Of a stretch of 64,000 bases of DNA, positions 30,101 through 39,972 are shown piece by piece. The notes under the pieces were generated by a model, which saw nothing but the letters and a program-made list of their open reading frames with translations, searched no databases and had not been told where the DNA came from. The number at the start of each line of letters is the position of its first letter. The stretch's first letter is position 1. The stretch is taken from the IMG/VR virus record IMGVR_UViG_3300023174_000033, positions 124,001-188,000 of that record, one strand, 5' to 3'. The position numbers and the translations under genes were made by a program.

Positions 30101-31754
30101 ATTCAGAGGATACAGGAACATTTACAACTTCACCCTCAACTACAAAATCATCAAATTGTTTTGGCTTTGATGTGGATTTTAAATTTTGTAAGTAAAATTT
30201 CGGCTCATCATTTTCAGTTAATATTTGGTCTTCCTCGTACTCAAATTTTGAAAATTCTGTGTCTACTATATCAGTATCCCAATCTTTTATATCTGTGAAT
30301 TCACAACGGTAAATTTCAAATTCTACAGGCTCAATGTCAGCACTACTAACTAAATTAATTGTCTTCTTTAAACTAGGATCCGCCTCATTTATGTAATATT
30401 CAAATTTATCATCAGATTGTATAAAGGCATAATCAGTAACTATAGTGATTATACCATCTACATTCTTATTTAATTTATGATAAAGGTCACCAATCTTTAT
30501 TATCCACATATCATAATTATCAAAATCCGATATTTGAAATTGATTACCATTTTGTAAATAAATAAAATTCTCTCCTTCTTCGGAAATAACTTTTACTAGA
30601 TTTGCATTAATTATTGATTGTTGGTTAGAAAGAGAAACATCTGATAAAATCTTATATTTTATTATTTCTGTTGGAACAATCTTATCAACATAGTTTCCAC
30701 TTTCGGTTAATACTTTTTTCCTTTTTTGCTCACCAATCACTTTGTATTTTTCAACCTTATAAACTCTTCCACCAATTTCAATAAATGGATTCAGATCCAT
30801 ATTATCCAAAAAGGGTGAACTACCGTCAGGCATTTCTAAATTATTATCAAATGTTATAATCGCACCAGGTTTAACTTGTGTGAATTTGTTGGGACTAACT
30901 GATAGAACAAATTCCATTTTATTAAAATAAAATCCCATATATCTATTAATGGACCACTTTCTAATAGAAAGTGGTGTTGCTGGCATATCGTCAAAAAGAA
31001 AACTAAAATTTAAAATATGTGGATATACTATCTTGTTATCGGAAAATCCTTTGTAGATAAACTTTTCCATATCCATAAAGGTGAATTCATTTTGAAAAAC
31101 ACTCTCTAGCATCATAGACCTTTTTGTGTAACCACCGGTCTCATAATCCATACCTATAAAGTATGAAAACTCTAACTTTGAAAATTCAATTTCAAGAGAT
31201 GTAGCTGGAAAATTTGTATTATCAGTAACATTTCTCCTTAAAAATTCTCCCAAATCGGTTTTTGGAGTCATGTCAAATACCTTAACAACTTTCATTTTTG
31301 AAAGTATTTCCGTTTGGAAATTTTCCTTATTCAATTCAATCAGACCAGGTCCATCAATCCTTAATATTATGAAATGTGTTGGTAATCCACTTTTACTAAT
31401 GTGTAAAGGAGCGAAGTATTCAAACTCCTCCGTATAATCTTTATTATCATAAATATTTCTAGCTCCACAATTATATAAGTCATCATATTGTTTTGAGAAA
31501 TCACTATACATTGTGTCATTGTCACCGTCGTATTTAACACCATAAGCAACCTCTACTGGGGTGTTTCTAAAAAAATGTGGGATTAACTCATCAATAAAAT
31601 TTTCTTTTTTGAACCTGTATTTTCTATAACGTACATTATTCAATTCCGGACTGGAGTCAATACAATCCAAATATAATTCGTATCCACTACCAACTACAAA
31701 TTTCGCATTAGTAGTCAGTCCAGTATTCGTTCTAAGTAATCCATGACTTCTCAT
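27174..31754 (-). CDS. Large (1526 aa) putative virion/baseplate protein
   Basis: Size, composition and position in an AATATATA-led operon; no enzyme motifs. Confidence 0.55.
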   Translation of the reverse strand: MRSHGLLRTNTGLTTNAKFVVGSGYELYLDCIDSSPELNNVRYRKYRFKKENFIDELIPHFFRNTPVEVAYGVKYDGDNDTMYSDFSKQYDDLYNCGARNIYDNKDYTEEFEYFAPLHISKSGLPTHFIILRIDGPGLIELNKENFQTEILSKMKVVKVFDMTPKTDLGEFLRRNVTDNTNFPATSLEIEFSKLEFSYFIGMDYETGGYTKRSMMLESVFQNEFTFMDMEKFIYKGFSDNKIVYPHILNFSFLFDDMPATPLSIRKWSINRYMGFYFNKMEFVLSVSPNKFTQVKPGAIITFDNNLEMPDGSSPFLDNMDLNPFIEIGGRVYKVEKYKVIGEQKRKKVLTESGNYVDKIVPTEIIKYKILSDVSLSNQQSIINANLVKVISEEGENFIYLQNGNQFQISDFDNYDMWIIKIGDLYHKLNKNVDGIITIVTDYAFIQSDDKFEYYINEADPSLKKTINLVSSADIEPVEFEIYRCEFTDIKDWDTDIVDTEFSKFEYEEDQILTENDEPKFYLQNLKSTSKPKQFDDFVVEGEVVNVPVSSEYTANNETFRIVENDLNELWRKNSTRVKWAFQNSLSDGDYPYLLNNSFLADDYNKTVNPFVTEVNRSEKNLDYFYTINPDDTKYINHTLHIKNITGGGELDINLKFDVIKYVKTDLDYFSYFFGQKTDFSDGKIIKNTKKWSQFNPSDGITTNSTLFRGLKFKIYDVASVNISNGKLDKINVKVTNKFDDYKFSILVSDNNTRVVPSGDDPNRGVTQSFFNSMNWTIIDNWKMDKPYYWYEMTIWNNKIFITTKPTDPEKQKIGYDPILRVGTRTETDPTFNPANQVDLRPSDKYWVDLSNGYAIAGSNYNGWNYVGNPNGTKYVTETVFLSSAKVGSGNYSNAAFPQVHPFVYYDDEWWYDTAIPGSTMPWDLINIGYGPKIAAYYKGKIWFANPTGQITNVPTSGDNKVRTIPGTIGQVIQSKFSLGRYTFENFPYWVESPFQMSDLRNKEIPSIGGFTLSGTPLQPNNKPWGRWQKINLWSSSVEYRGTKEYTNLNGGVVGTIQVTYPYTPKVSYGSLTGLNILNGYGFDAGGSPNIKNTGGIFTRNGTKTYENQAFDIVLYKDVVYGMTGPSTTVIPKNSLPPDQNPNWVRLYSLKPDKDFVYDNTFRGNNIIEMNNRYYMYLKDSNVVATPLAQGVDVIDGTLDNGIAIYINKKFKNILINIYINDHTYDPSLLELNLGDVWPETSPSGVSKLIKLGNKLREKNRDELYTDIFQKLSANNFMNALNDLSNKYDFMNSVRYIITEETGEIKIYDFDNLTSVSKLPFFITCEGPDEFFVKRDTNIVEALETDSNLLKPRFELKDGVIDSKEKLDYVSDVPYANLIRYNRVDKQPVPNFSGLKNEIFNKMYRHSGFYSPIFKNIELFKSYTETDNYGNYKFDTSLTYFGMSGERIISKVNKDKNLLKLTNVSSAKSIYPMLDEFGYHVVRSFIFKSTWDFKYHFQTQIPVVSLEVGSKLIKRKEVNIKTGTRLL

Positions 31755-34700
31755 TTATGACAAATTGGTTGTAGTTGTTACTAAATTTTTTCTGACTAAA
31801 GTTTTTGCTCTATTCAATGTAAATTTGAGAGTAAATGTAAATGGTTTATTTTCGGCTTCATTTTCCAAGAAGAATTTCACTTTTTTAATATGCTTTACAT
31901 TATTACGATTGTTATTTAAGTTTATGTAATTATAATTCAAGTCTGTTTGATTTGGATCCAATGAATTCATCTTAAAATAAATATTAATCGGCACATTTAT
32001 ATCATTTTCTTGACCACCATCAATTGTCTTAACTTTATCTTGATTTGTTTCTTGTATTACACTCAAAGATTGAATTTGTGGGTGAATAGAAGTCAATAAT
32101 TTTGTCGTTGACGCAGCTGTTGGTACAGTTTTCTCAATCCACTTTGATGCATCAAACAATGAATTGTTATTACCAATAAATGTGAGAAGTTCCGACTCTG
32201 AATAACCTATATTATACTCTTCAGATGAAAGAGTATTTACTAAAGAGTTACTATTATCCGAGACGAAATCATTTCCTATGTTTGAAGAAATCTTTGATAA
32301 ACTGTTTTGGTCAACTTTATCATAGTTTACACACCATATAAACTGATTATCTACCTGAGTTATTGTTTTAGTGCCAGACTCGCTGGTTATAAGTTCGTTT
32401 TGTGAATTAACCCAAAAAACTTGAGGAGCTGAAGTGTTGTAAACATCAGTGTTTGAAACTGCAACGTATTCTCTATTTGAAAGAAGACCTAAAGATGTTT
32501 CTGTTGATTTATTTCTGAATTTAAGCAAGAAATCTTTTATTACGTAGATGTTATTAACATAAACACGACCAGTTGGAACTCCAGACGCAACATACGTGTC
32601 AAGATAATCCTCAAGTTCAATATTGAATGAAAGTTCAGAACCATTCTTAACAATAAATTGTTCACTATTTCTATAGAGAATAATCTCAAGTTCTCCTTTA
32701 GTTCTCTTAATCCTTTCTTCAAGGGATTTAACTCTAGCCTCAAGTTTTTGTAGGTATGTAAATAGGTCCATACTCAAACCGTTCTCATCCCTAAACCCTG
32801 ATAAGATACTATCAGAGTTATGATAGTATGTGTTGCCATTTACTGTAATTTGATCAGATAAGTGATCATCAAGTCCACGAGCCGATAGATTTGCTTGAAC
32901 AGAAACCCTTAAACTTTCTTTATCAGCTTCCTTTAATATGAAATCATTTTCATTTAATACGTTAGCTAAATTTTCAGGAAACTCAATTATTATCGGTTCA
33001 CTCCACTCAGATTCAACTGGTGATTCTGGCCAACCAACTTCAGAAATTGATTTGATTTTTAATTCTACTCTTTCATTAGCTTGAATTGCAATATCAATTT
33101 GGTTGATATTCGGAGTTTCAGCATCAGTAACATCTTCAATTTGCCAAGTGTATGTATTATTAGCTTTATCAAATGTTCTTTTTCTAACATCTGTTTTCAT
33201 TTCCTCCCAATTGGACGCAGCGGCTGTTTGAGTAGTACCTCCAACTTTTTCAAACCTAATTGTTTCAACTGGAGATTCTCTACCATCTTTACTTAAGTAT
33301 CTATATTGTATACGGAATTGTACTATTTCTTGTGGTTGTGAACCCCTTGTAATCACCGCCTCTGGGAATTCCCAGAATCCTCTGATTCGGTATTTTGGTT
33401 CAACTTTTGTTTGTGGAGATTTAGATAAATCCAATAATTGAGTAGTAACAGATGATAACAAATTCAATTTTGATTCTCTGTTCCTATTCAAAACATCCAC
33501 ATCTAATGATATTTGTTTTTGAACCCCATCAAAAGCAAATTTACCAAACTTAGATTGAGCCATCTTATCCTTTAATGACTTTTCCAATTGCTCAACTTCG
33601 GATTTAAGACTCCTCTGTTGATTGTGTAAATTTTTAAGTTTATTTGTATCAGGTGTATCAGTAAGGTGCTTATTTATCTGAACTACTTTGAAGTTATTAA
33701 TATTCAAAACTGGAACATTTGGTATCCCAGCTTGTTTGTTTGGAGTTTTTTTGACTACAAGGTCATTCAATACATCTCCATAATCCATAACAACATCAGT
33801 ATAATATTGCTCAAGGGAAATTGATGAATTCACTTCTCTCAAATCGTTTGTCCAAAAACCCATACCCTGACTCCAGTTTTTTGACATTATGAAGTTATCC
33901 ATATTCATGGATTTTAGGAAAATAATATTTCTTTCGTTATAACCGATACTTACTCTAACCCTCTTATTATATTGGACTGGTGAATAAATTTTCATTATGT
34001 TATCACCAATTGGTATTGGTTCCATTCCCTCAACCCTTTCAAATCTCAATCTTGGGTAAGATAATTCAGTTGATAATTCAATTACCTTATATCTAGTTGA
34101 AGTGACCGGTGTGTTAATAATAAACTCATCACCAATTTTAACTGTTCTGATTTCTTGAACTACCTCATTGTTCAACTTTATATTTCTGATATACTGTAGA
34201 GTATTTGTCACATACCATAATTTCCTATTCAAGAAATCCTCTTCTGTTCTTAAAATGCTGAAAAAACCGTCTAGTTCCAAGAAGTTTGGCTCAAGATCGA
34301 ACATTTGTTCGTCATAGTTTGGGTTATTAGGTTCAACCAATCCAGGTGTATTTATATGCCAAGTCAAAAATTCATCTAATGAAAAAGCATTTTGATTTCT
34401 AAATAAAGTATTGAATGAATTTAAAGCAGCTTGACCAAGTGGAGTAAAATTACCATCAACGTCTTGAGCGAACTCAACAATATATCTCCTACAAAGAATC
34501 TTTCTAACATTGTTCTCAACTTGTCCATCAAGATTCATTTCCAAAAATAACTGAGGATTCAATAAACCATCAAAGAACCAGTTTTTCTGAGTAACGAAAG
34601 TTGTCTGTTGTACTAAAGTTCCTATATCATTTGGTTCTCTATTCAAATCAACCGTTACGACCTTTCTGAATTTAGTACCATTTGATGGTTGGATCAAAGC

Positions 34701-34946
34701 GCCAGCATCATTTATACTATAAATTGAATTTAAATTATTATTTAATCTGTCAATTTCAGACTTCAAGTATCCAAAAGACGGAAGACTTACTTGGCGTGTA
34801 TTACCAGTACCATCAACTAAATTGAAAGTAACAGAATTCTCATTGCCGGAAATTAAACTATTTATACTTGATAGTACATTGACTACGTTTTCATTTAACT
34901 TTAATACCTCCTCTGCTAAAACATGGTAGGAACTGTTTATTGCCAT
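31755..34946 (-). CDS. Large (1063 aa) putative virion structural protein with coiled-coil segments
   Basis: AATATATA at 34968-34975 (-); heptad segments LKSEVEQLEKSL and LQKLEARVKSLEERI. Confidence 0.55.
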   Translation of the reverse strand: MAINSSYHVLAEEVLKLNENVVNVLSSINSLISGNENSVTFNLVDGTGNTRQVSLPSFGYLKSEIDRLNNNLNSIYSINDAGALIQPSNGTKFRKVVTVDLNREPNDIGTLVQQTTFVTQKNWFFDGLLNPQLFLEMNLDGQVENNVRKILCRRYIVEFAQDVDGNFTPLGQAALNSFNTLFRNQNAFSLDEFLTWHINTPGLVEPNNPNYDEQMFDLEPNFLELDGFFSILRTEEDFLNRKLWYVTNTLQYIRNIKLNNEVVQEIRTVKIGDEFIINTPVTSTRYKVIELSTELSYPRLRFERVEGMEPIPIGDNIMKIYSPVQYNKRVRVSIGYNERNIIFLKSMNMDNFIMSKNWSQGMGFWTNDLREVNSSISLEQYYTDVVMDYGDVLNDLVVKKTPNKQAGIPNVPVLNINNFKVVQINKHLTDTPDTNKLKNLHNQQRSLKSEVEQLEKSLKDKMAQSKFGKFAFDGVQKQISLDVDVLNRNRESKLNLLSSVTTQLLDLSKSPQTKVEPKYRIRGFWEFPEAVITRGSQPQEIVQFRIQYRYLSKDGRESPVETIRFEKVGGTTQTAAASNWEEMKTDVRKRTFDKANNTYTWQIEDVTDAETPNINQIDIAIQANERVELKIKSISEVGWPESPVESEWSEPIIIEFPENLANVLNENDFILKEADKESLRVSVQANLSARGLDDHLSDQITVNGNTYYHNSDSILSGFRDENGLSMDLFTYLQKLEARVKSLEERIKRTKGELEIILYRNSEQFIVKNGSELSFNIELEDYLDTYVASGVPTGRVYVNNIYVIKDFLLKFRNKSTETSLGLLSNREYVAVSNTDVYNTSAPQVFWVNSQNELITSESGTKTITQVDNQFIWCVNYDKVDQNSLSKISSNIGNDFVSDNSNSLVNTLSSEEYNIGYSESELLTFIGNNNSLFDASKWIEKTVPTAASTTKLLTSIHPQIQSLSVIQETNQDKVKTIDGGQENDINVPINIYFKMNSLDPNQTDLNYNYINLNNNRNNVKHIKKVKFFLENEAENKPFTFTLKFTLNRAKTLVRKNLVTTTTNLS

Positions 34947-35006
34947 TACTATGGTTTATTTTTTCAATATATATTAAGTTCCGACCTCTCAAATAAGTAT
35001 CGGAAG

Positions 35007-36875
35007 TTAATTTCGAACATTTGACCAGTTATATTCATAATCGGTCTGTAATTTCATCACATAATTTGCCGCTGATTCTTCAATCCCAAATTTACTCTCG
35101 CAACTCAATGGATTCTGTGGATTAAATTCATAAGCCCAGTCTTTAATACCAAACTGGTCAAATCTCATTTTAATTTGATCATTGTAATATGTACTAATCA
35201 TTCTCACTCTCCGTTGAATATCTTTTCTAGTAAAGTTTTGAGTGTTTGAATCGTGGTAGAATTGTAGATACAAAAGTTTTGGAATCCTAACCATCTTTGT
35301 CATTAGAAAAGTTCTAACTAGTAATTCATAATCATCAGCAATTGAAAGTCTTCTATTATGACCACCAATTGAATGGTAGAAAAATCTATCCCAAGCTCTA
35401 AAGTGATTTGGAACTCCGACAATATGTCTAATTGTTTTCGGATTTAGATTTGGTGTATTAACTGTTTTGTAATTCCTCCCATTAAAAGATTCATCACGAT
35501 AAGCCCCATATCCAAAAGAGAAGTAATCACCATAAGTTAATGAATTGTGATTTTCATCTATTTCTGTAAAATCTGAATAAACAAATTTACAGTCTGGGTA
35601 TTTCTGAAAAGCCTCAACCATTAGGGATATAGCGTCAGGTGTTATGTAATCGTCATGGTCTAATTCCATTAGATAAACACCATTACACAAACAAGCTGCT
35701 CTATATTTTGACTCACCAACTATACCTTGTGTTTTCTTATGAAAATTATAAACTTTTACACGAGCATCCAATTCAGCAATTTTTTCAGCGATCTTTAGTG
35801 TTTTACCACCATCATTTGAATCGTCCACTAATACCCACTCCCAATTTGAATAACTTTGATTCTTCACAGACTCATAAGTTCTCCATAATTTGTTACCGGT
35901 ATTATAAATAGGTGTGAAAATACTAGCAAGTGGATTATTACGGTAGTGTTGATCAATGATGAAATTTGAACCACAATTAAAAGCAGCATCTCCTATTTCC
36001 TCTTTGAACTTATCAAAATGAATCCATCTTTTTCTTATATCATAAGATTTATGGGTTAAGTTTTTAAAATCACCATATGATTCACCAACCGTAACTATAC
36101 AATCAGGATCAAAAGATTTTATTTTTTTATCAAGTTCACTGTCGTTTTTTTCTTGTGAAGTATAAAGTTCAACAGATTCAAATTTAGCATAAAACTTTGA
36201 TTTTAATTCAATTTCTTCATCTACCCCCAACAGTAGTATCCTCGGTAATGTTCTTTTGTTTGGTTTTTTAATTTGTTGGAAATAATTATAATAACACAAA
36301 ACTTCATTAACAAATACAAACTTTTTTTCATTTTCATTGAAAATCTCTTCAATGAACATGCCATCACCAACATAATGTCCTTTTGGAATTCTGTAGTTTC
36401 CAATGAGGTCTCTCCTCAATAAAAATTGAGCCATGTCAATCTTACCAACTTTTACCAAATCTTTACCACATTCACGAATGTCAAGTTTGGTAAAATCAAT
36501 ACCACCAACTTTCTGGTCAAATATAATAGCTGTGGATTTTTTATTTTCTTTTATTATTTGATAAACTCTTTCATAAAAATTTTCGTGTATGATATTATCA
36601 TCATCCACAACGTAAACCCAACCATCTTTGATTGAATCAATTGTATCATTGATCAATTGGTGCCCATGATCTCCATCATCACTTTTCCTATAGGTTGTTT
36701 TAATTCGCTCTTCGTTTAAAAGGATTATTGTTTCAACTGAAACTTCTTGTATGACATTTGTGTCAAAAATAATATACCACGTGACATTGAATTTGTCAGT
36801 ATTAAAAACAGTCTTTTTAATTTCAGCAAGATGTGACAACCTTGTGCAACGGGTGATGATGTGAATTGATTCCAT
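35007..36875 (-). CDS. Two-domain GT2/GT-A glycosyltransferase
   Basis: N domain IITRC...VVDDDN; C domain SIFTPIYN...LVDDS...ELDHDD...ADDYEL. Confidence 0.85.
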   Translation of the reverse strand: MESIHIITRCTRLSHLAEIKKTVFNTDKFNVTWYIIFDTNVIQEVSVETIILLNEERIKTTYRKSDDGDHGHQLINDTIDSIKDGWVYVVDDDNIIHENFYERVYQIIKENKKSTAIIFDQKVGGIDFTKLDIRECGKDLVKVGKIDMAQFLLRRDLIGNYRIPKGHYVGDGMFIEEIFNENEKKFVFVNEVLCYYNYFQQIKKPNKRTLPRILLLGVDEEIELKSKFYAKFESVELYTSQEKNDSELDKKIKSFDPDCIVTVGESYGDFKNLTHKSYDIRKRWIHFDKFKEEIGDAAFNCGSNFIIDQHYRNNPLASIFTPIYNTGNKLWRTYESVKNQSYSNWEWVLVDDSNDGGKTLKIAEKIAELDARVKVYNFHKKTQGIVGESKYRAACLCNGVYLMELDHDDYITPDAISLMVEAFQKYPDCKFVYSDFTEIDENHNSLTYGDYFSFGYGAYRDESFNGRNYKTVNTPNLNPKTIRHIVGVPNHFRAWDRFFYHSIGGHNRRLSIADDYELLVRTFLMTKMVRIPKLLYLQFYHDSNTQNFTRKDIQRRVRMISTYYNDQIKMRFDQFGIKDWAYEFNPQNPLSCESKFGIEESAANYVMKLQTDYEYNWSNVRN

Positions 36876-36986
36876 AAAGGATTTTATTTTATTTTAAATT
36901 TTTGTTGTTTTATAAAGAATAATAAAATATATTTGTACTCCGATTACGAATGATGAAAACAAACCAAAGAAATCCAATATAAATAT

Positions 36987-37001
36987 TGGCACATTATTTG
37001 T
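36987..37001 (+). promoter_or_regulatory. Possible sigma54-type -24/-12 promoter of the phage sigma gene
   Basis: TGGCAC-ATTAT-TTGT has the canonical spacing, but -12 reads GT rather than GC. Confidence 0.4.
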
Positions 37002-37040
37002 TGTCATGGGAGAAAATAGAAAAAAATTAAATTAAAATAT

Positions 37041-37646
37041 ATGTCAGAAACAAATCAAATTAATTCATTTAGAGAACATGAAACTCTTTTCAAAGAAAGA
37101 ACTGGTAACGATTTCACTTTCTTTTACAAGAAGTATTACCCCAAGTTAATTTACTACACCTCAAAAATGTGTGGAGATCAACAAAAAGCAGAGGATATTA
37201 CAACAGAGTCTTTCATGACTGCTTTTGAGAAGATTGAAAAGTATGAGAAAGAAAAAGCCCAATTCTCTACTTGGTTGTTTACAATCGCGAGAAATATTCT
37301 TTTACAGGATATCAAAGCTTCAAAAAAGACAATTTCACTTGATATTGAATACGATGAAGAGGGAACCACTCTTAAAGATTTTATTCAAGAGGAATCCTCT
37401 GAAACACACGTTCATGAAGTAAATCAGAAGAAAGCTGAAATCATGAAGGAACACATTTCAAAATTAAAAGATCCTTATAAAAAGGTGATTGAAATGAGAG
37501 AAATAAAAAGAATGGCTTATAAAGATATCGCCGATGAATTAGGAAAAAATCTTTCAACCATTAAGAGCCAAATAAGAAATGGAAGAATTCTTCTTATCTC
37601 TCAAACAAAAAAAGAATTTGATCTACTTGATGAATTCTATCTATAA
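37041..37646 (+). CDS. RNA polymerase sigma-70 (ECF-like) factor
   Basis: Region 2 AEDITTESF...FSTWLFTIARN; region 4 YKDIADELGKNLSTIKSQIRNGR. Confidence 0.9.
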   Translation: MSETNQINSFREHETLFKERTGNDFTFFYKKYYPKLIYYTSKMCGDQQKAEDITTESFMTAFEKIEKYEKEKAQFSTWLFTIARNILLQDIKASKKTISLDIEYDEEGTTLKDFIQEESSETHVHEVNQKKAEIMKEHISKLKDPYKKVIEMREIKRMAYKDIADELGKNLSTIKSQIRNGRILLISQTKKEFDLLDEFYL

Positions 37647-37661
37647 AAATAATTATTAAGT

Positions 37662-37985
37662 ATGTATTACTCAACAAAAATTAACAACGAAAGCCTAGAC
37701 AGTTTTCTATCAACAGCCCAATTAGCAATGTTGTATATAAAAGCCTCATGGTGTGGTCCTTGCAAAATATTGTCACCGGTAGTTGAAGAAATTGCCAACG
37801 AACCAAATAACAATTTAGTTGTTGGAAAAATTGACGCAGATGATGATATGGAATTTGTAAAGTCTCTAAACGTAAGAAATGTGCCAACTATTTTATTTTA
37901 TAAAGAAGGTGAACTTGTGGAAAGGAGTGTGGGGGCTAAATCAAAAGGTGATATCCAAAAGATAATTGAAAATTTAACAGCATGA
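37662..37985 (+). CDS. trxA: Thioredoxin
   Basis: WCGPC and VRNVPT. Confidence 0.92.
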   Translation: MYYSTKINNESLDSFLSTAQLAMLYIKASWCGPCKILSPVVEEIANEPNNNLVVGKIDADDDMEFVKSLNVRNVPTILFYKEGELVERSVGAKSKGDIQKIIENLTA

Positions 37986-38950
37986 GTTTAATTCGCAAAT
38001 TTGTAAATAAACATTACAAACACTTCAATTCAGCGTCTCTTAAAGATGCTTCAGATTCTTACATTTCACACATTGAGGAAGGTGGTAAAATGATGATCAC
38101 TTTAGCCGGCGCTATGAGTACAGCCGAGCTTGGAATTTCTTTGGCTGAAATGATTAGACAAGATAAAGTACATATTATCTCTTGTACAGGAGCAAACCTA
38201 GAAGAAGATTTAATGAATCTAGTTGCTCACTCACACTACAAAAGAGTTCCAAACTATCGTGATCTAACACCACAAGATGAATGGGATTTATTAGAACAGG
38301 GACTAAATAGAGTAACAGATACTTGTATACCAGAAGAAGAAGCTTTCAGAAAGATTCAGAAAGTGATTGAGAAGTATTGGAGAATTTCTAATAAAACTGG
38401 AATTCCAATGCTGCCACACGAATACCTATACCTAATTATTAACAATGGTGATTTGGAGTCTGAATATGAAATTGATCCAAAAGATTCTTGGTTGGTAGCA
38501 GCCGCTGAAAAAAACATCCCCTTAATTGTACCAGGTTGGGAAGATTCCACCCTTGGAAATATATTCGCATCAAATGTGATTAAGGGAAATCTTAAATCAA
38601 CTGACATTAAAGGTGGTATTGATTACATGGTTTTCCTATCTGATTGGTATAGAAATAACTCTGATGGTAAAGGAGTTGGGTTCTTTCAAATTGGTGGAGG
38701 TATCGCAGGAGACTTTCCAATCTGTGTAGTTCCGATGATGTATCAAGATTTAGAATGGACTGATGTTCCTTTCTGGTCTTACTTCTGTCAGATTTCTGAT
38801 TCAACCACAAGTTATGGTTCCTATTCTGGAGCTGTGCCAAATGAAAAGATTACTTGGGGTAAATTAGATATAACAACACCAAAATTCATCATTGAAAGTG
38901 ATGCTACAATAGTAGCTCCTTTGATGTTTTCTTACATTCTAGGAGAATAA
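37982..38950 (+). CDS. Deoxyhypusine synthase-like protein (bacterial DHS/SpeY type)
   Basis: LAGAMSTA, TGANLEED, IGGG, SYSGAVPNEKITWGK (catalytic Lys), ESDATIVAPL. Confidence 0.9.
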   Translation: MSLIRKFVNKHYKHFNSASLKDASDSYISHIEEGGKMMITLAGAMSTAELGISLAEMIRQDKVHIISCTGANLEEDLMNLVAHSHYKRVPNYRDLTPQDEWDLLEQGLNRVTDTCIPEEEAFRKIQKVIEKYWRISNKTGIPMLPHEYLYLIINNGDLESEYEIDPKDSWLVAAAEKNIPLIVPGWEDSTLGNIFASNVIKGNLKSTDIKGGIDYMVFLSDWYRNNSDGKGVGFFQIGGGIAGDFPICVVPMMYQDLEWTDVPFWSYFCQISDSTTSYGSYSGAVPNEKITWGKLDITTPKFIIESDATIVAPLMFSYILGE

Positions 38951-38952
38951 AT

Positions 38953-39138
38953 ATGGACACAAATGAAATTTGGGTTATCACGAAGAGTACCGATGGTGGT
39001 ATGGAACTAAAACCTTTTGAAAATTCAAAAGGTTTTGAGATCATTGAAGAGTTTGAAAGTTTCAACGAGGCAAAAGAAGCATTTAATTTCTACTGTTACC
39101 TTTTACTACCAAGATTTGGACAAAACATGAATTTTTAG
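38953..39138 (+). CDS. Small hypothetical protein
   Basis: 61-aa ORF filling the operon gap. Confidence 0.5.
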   Translation: MDTNEIWVITKSTDGGMELKPFENSKGFEIIEEFESFNEAKEAFNFYCYLLLPRFGQNMNF

Positions 39139-39146
39139 TATATTTG
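39115..39146 (+). promoter_or_regulatory. Bacteroidota-type primary-sigma promoter
   Basis: TTTG(39115)-N20-TATATTTG(39139-39146)-TATT-ATG. Confidence 0.75.
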
Positions 39147-39150
39147 TATT

Positions 39151-39888
39151 ATGATTATAATGTTAGGTGATATCCATGGAAACTTTAATTTCCTAAAAAA
39201 TCAAATCCAATCTAAAAAAATTACTGATTGTACGATAATACAAGTCGGTGATTTTGGAATTGGTTTTACACATAAGGACAATGACGAAATAACTTTAAAA
39301 AATTTAAACGATTTTTTGGAGTCACATAATGTTAATCTTTATGCAATTCGTGGTAATCACGATAATCCGGATTTTTTTGATGGAAGTTTTAGATATAGTA
39401 ATTTGAAACTTTTAAAGGATTACACAACTCTTAATATAGATGGGTTGAATTTTCTTTTCATTGGTGGGGCTATAAGTGTGGATAGAACCCAAAGAATTAA
39501 AGAAAATACAAGTAACATTAAATATGGTAGTAAAAAAAGGTGTTATTGGGAAAAAGAAGTATTGGAATACAAACCAGAGATTGTTAAATCTTTAAAAGAT
39601 ATAGATATTGTAATAACACACACTGCTCCAGATTGGTGTAGTCCAAGCAATAAATTGGGATTTGGAAGTTTTGTTGAAGATTGGAGTAAATATGATAGGT
39701 CTCTTATTACAGACTTACTTTCCGAAAGAAATCAAATGTCAAATTTATTTCTAGATTTATACGAAAACAATAAAATAAAAAAACACTTTTATGGACACTT
39801 CCATGATAGTAAATTTGAAACATATGATGGAGTTGATCATCACCTACTTGATATTAATGAATTTTATACATTAAATATAGATAGATAA
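39151..39888 (+). CDS. Calcineurin-like metallophosphoesterase
   Basis: GDIHG, VGDFG, RGNHD, THTAP, YGHFH. Confidence 0.9.
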   Translation: MIIMLGDIHGNFNFLKNQIQSKKITDCTIIQVGDFGIGFTHKDNDEITLKNLNDFLESHNVNLYAIRGNHDNPDFFDGSFRYSNLKLLKDYTTLNIDGLNFLFIGGAISVDRTQRIKENTSNIKYGSKKRCYWEKEVLEYKPEIVKSLKDIDIVITHTAPDWCSPSNKLGFGSFVEDWSKYDRSLITDLLSERNQMSNLFLDLYENNKIKKHFYGHFHDSKFETYDGVDHHLLDINEFYTLNIDR

Positions 39889-39972
39889 AAAACATTTTTT
39901 ATTTACGATATATAACTTCAAGTTTGATAAAAGAGATTGGGCCCCACAAAGGGGTTCAAAAAAAAAATTTCT

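Noticed and set aside
34979-35005. TTCCGA...TCGGAA inverted repeat after the GT2 gene as a terminator
   Set aside because: 6-bp stem with a 15-nt loop and no clear U-tract
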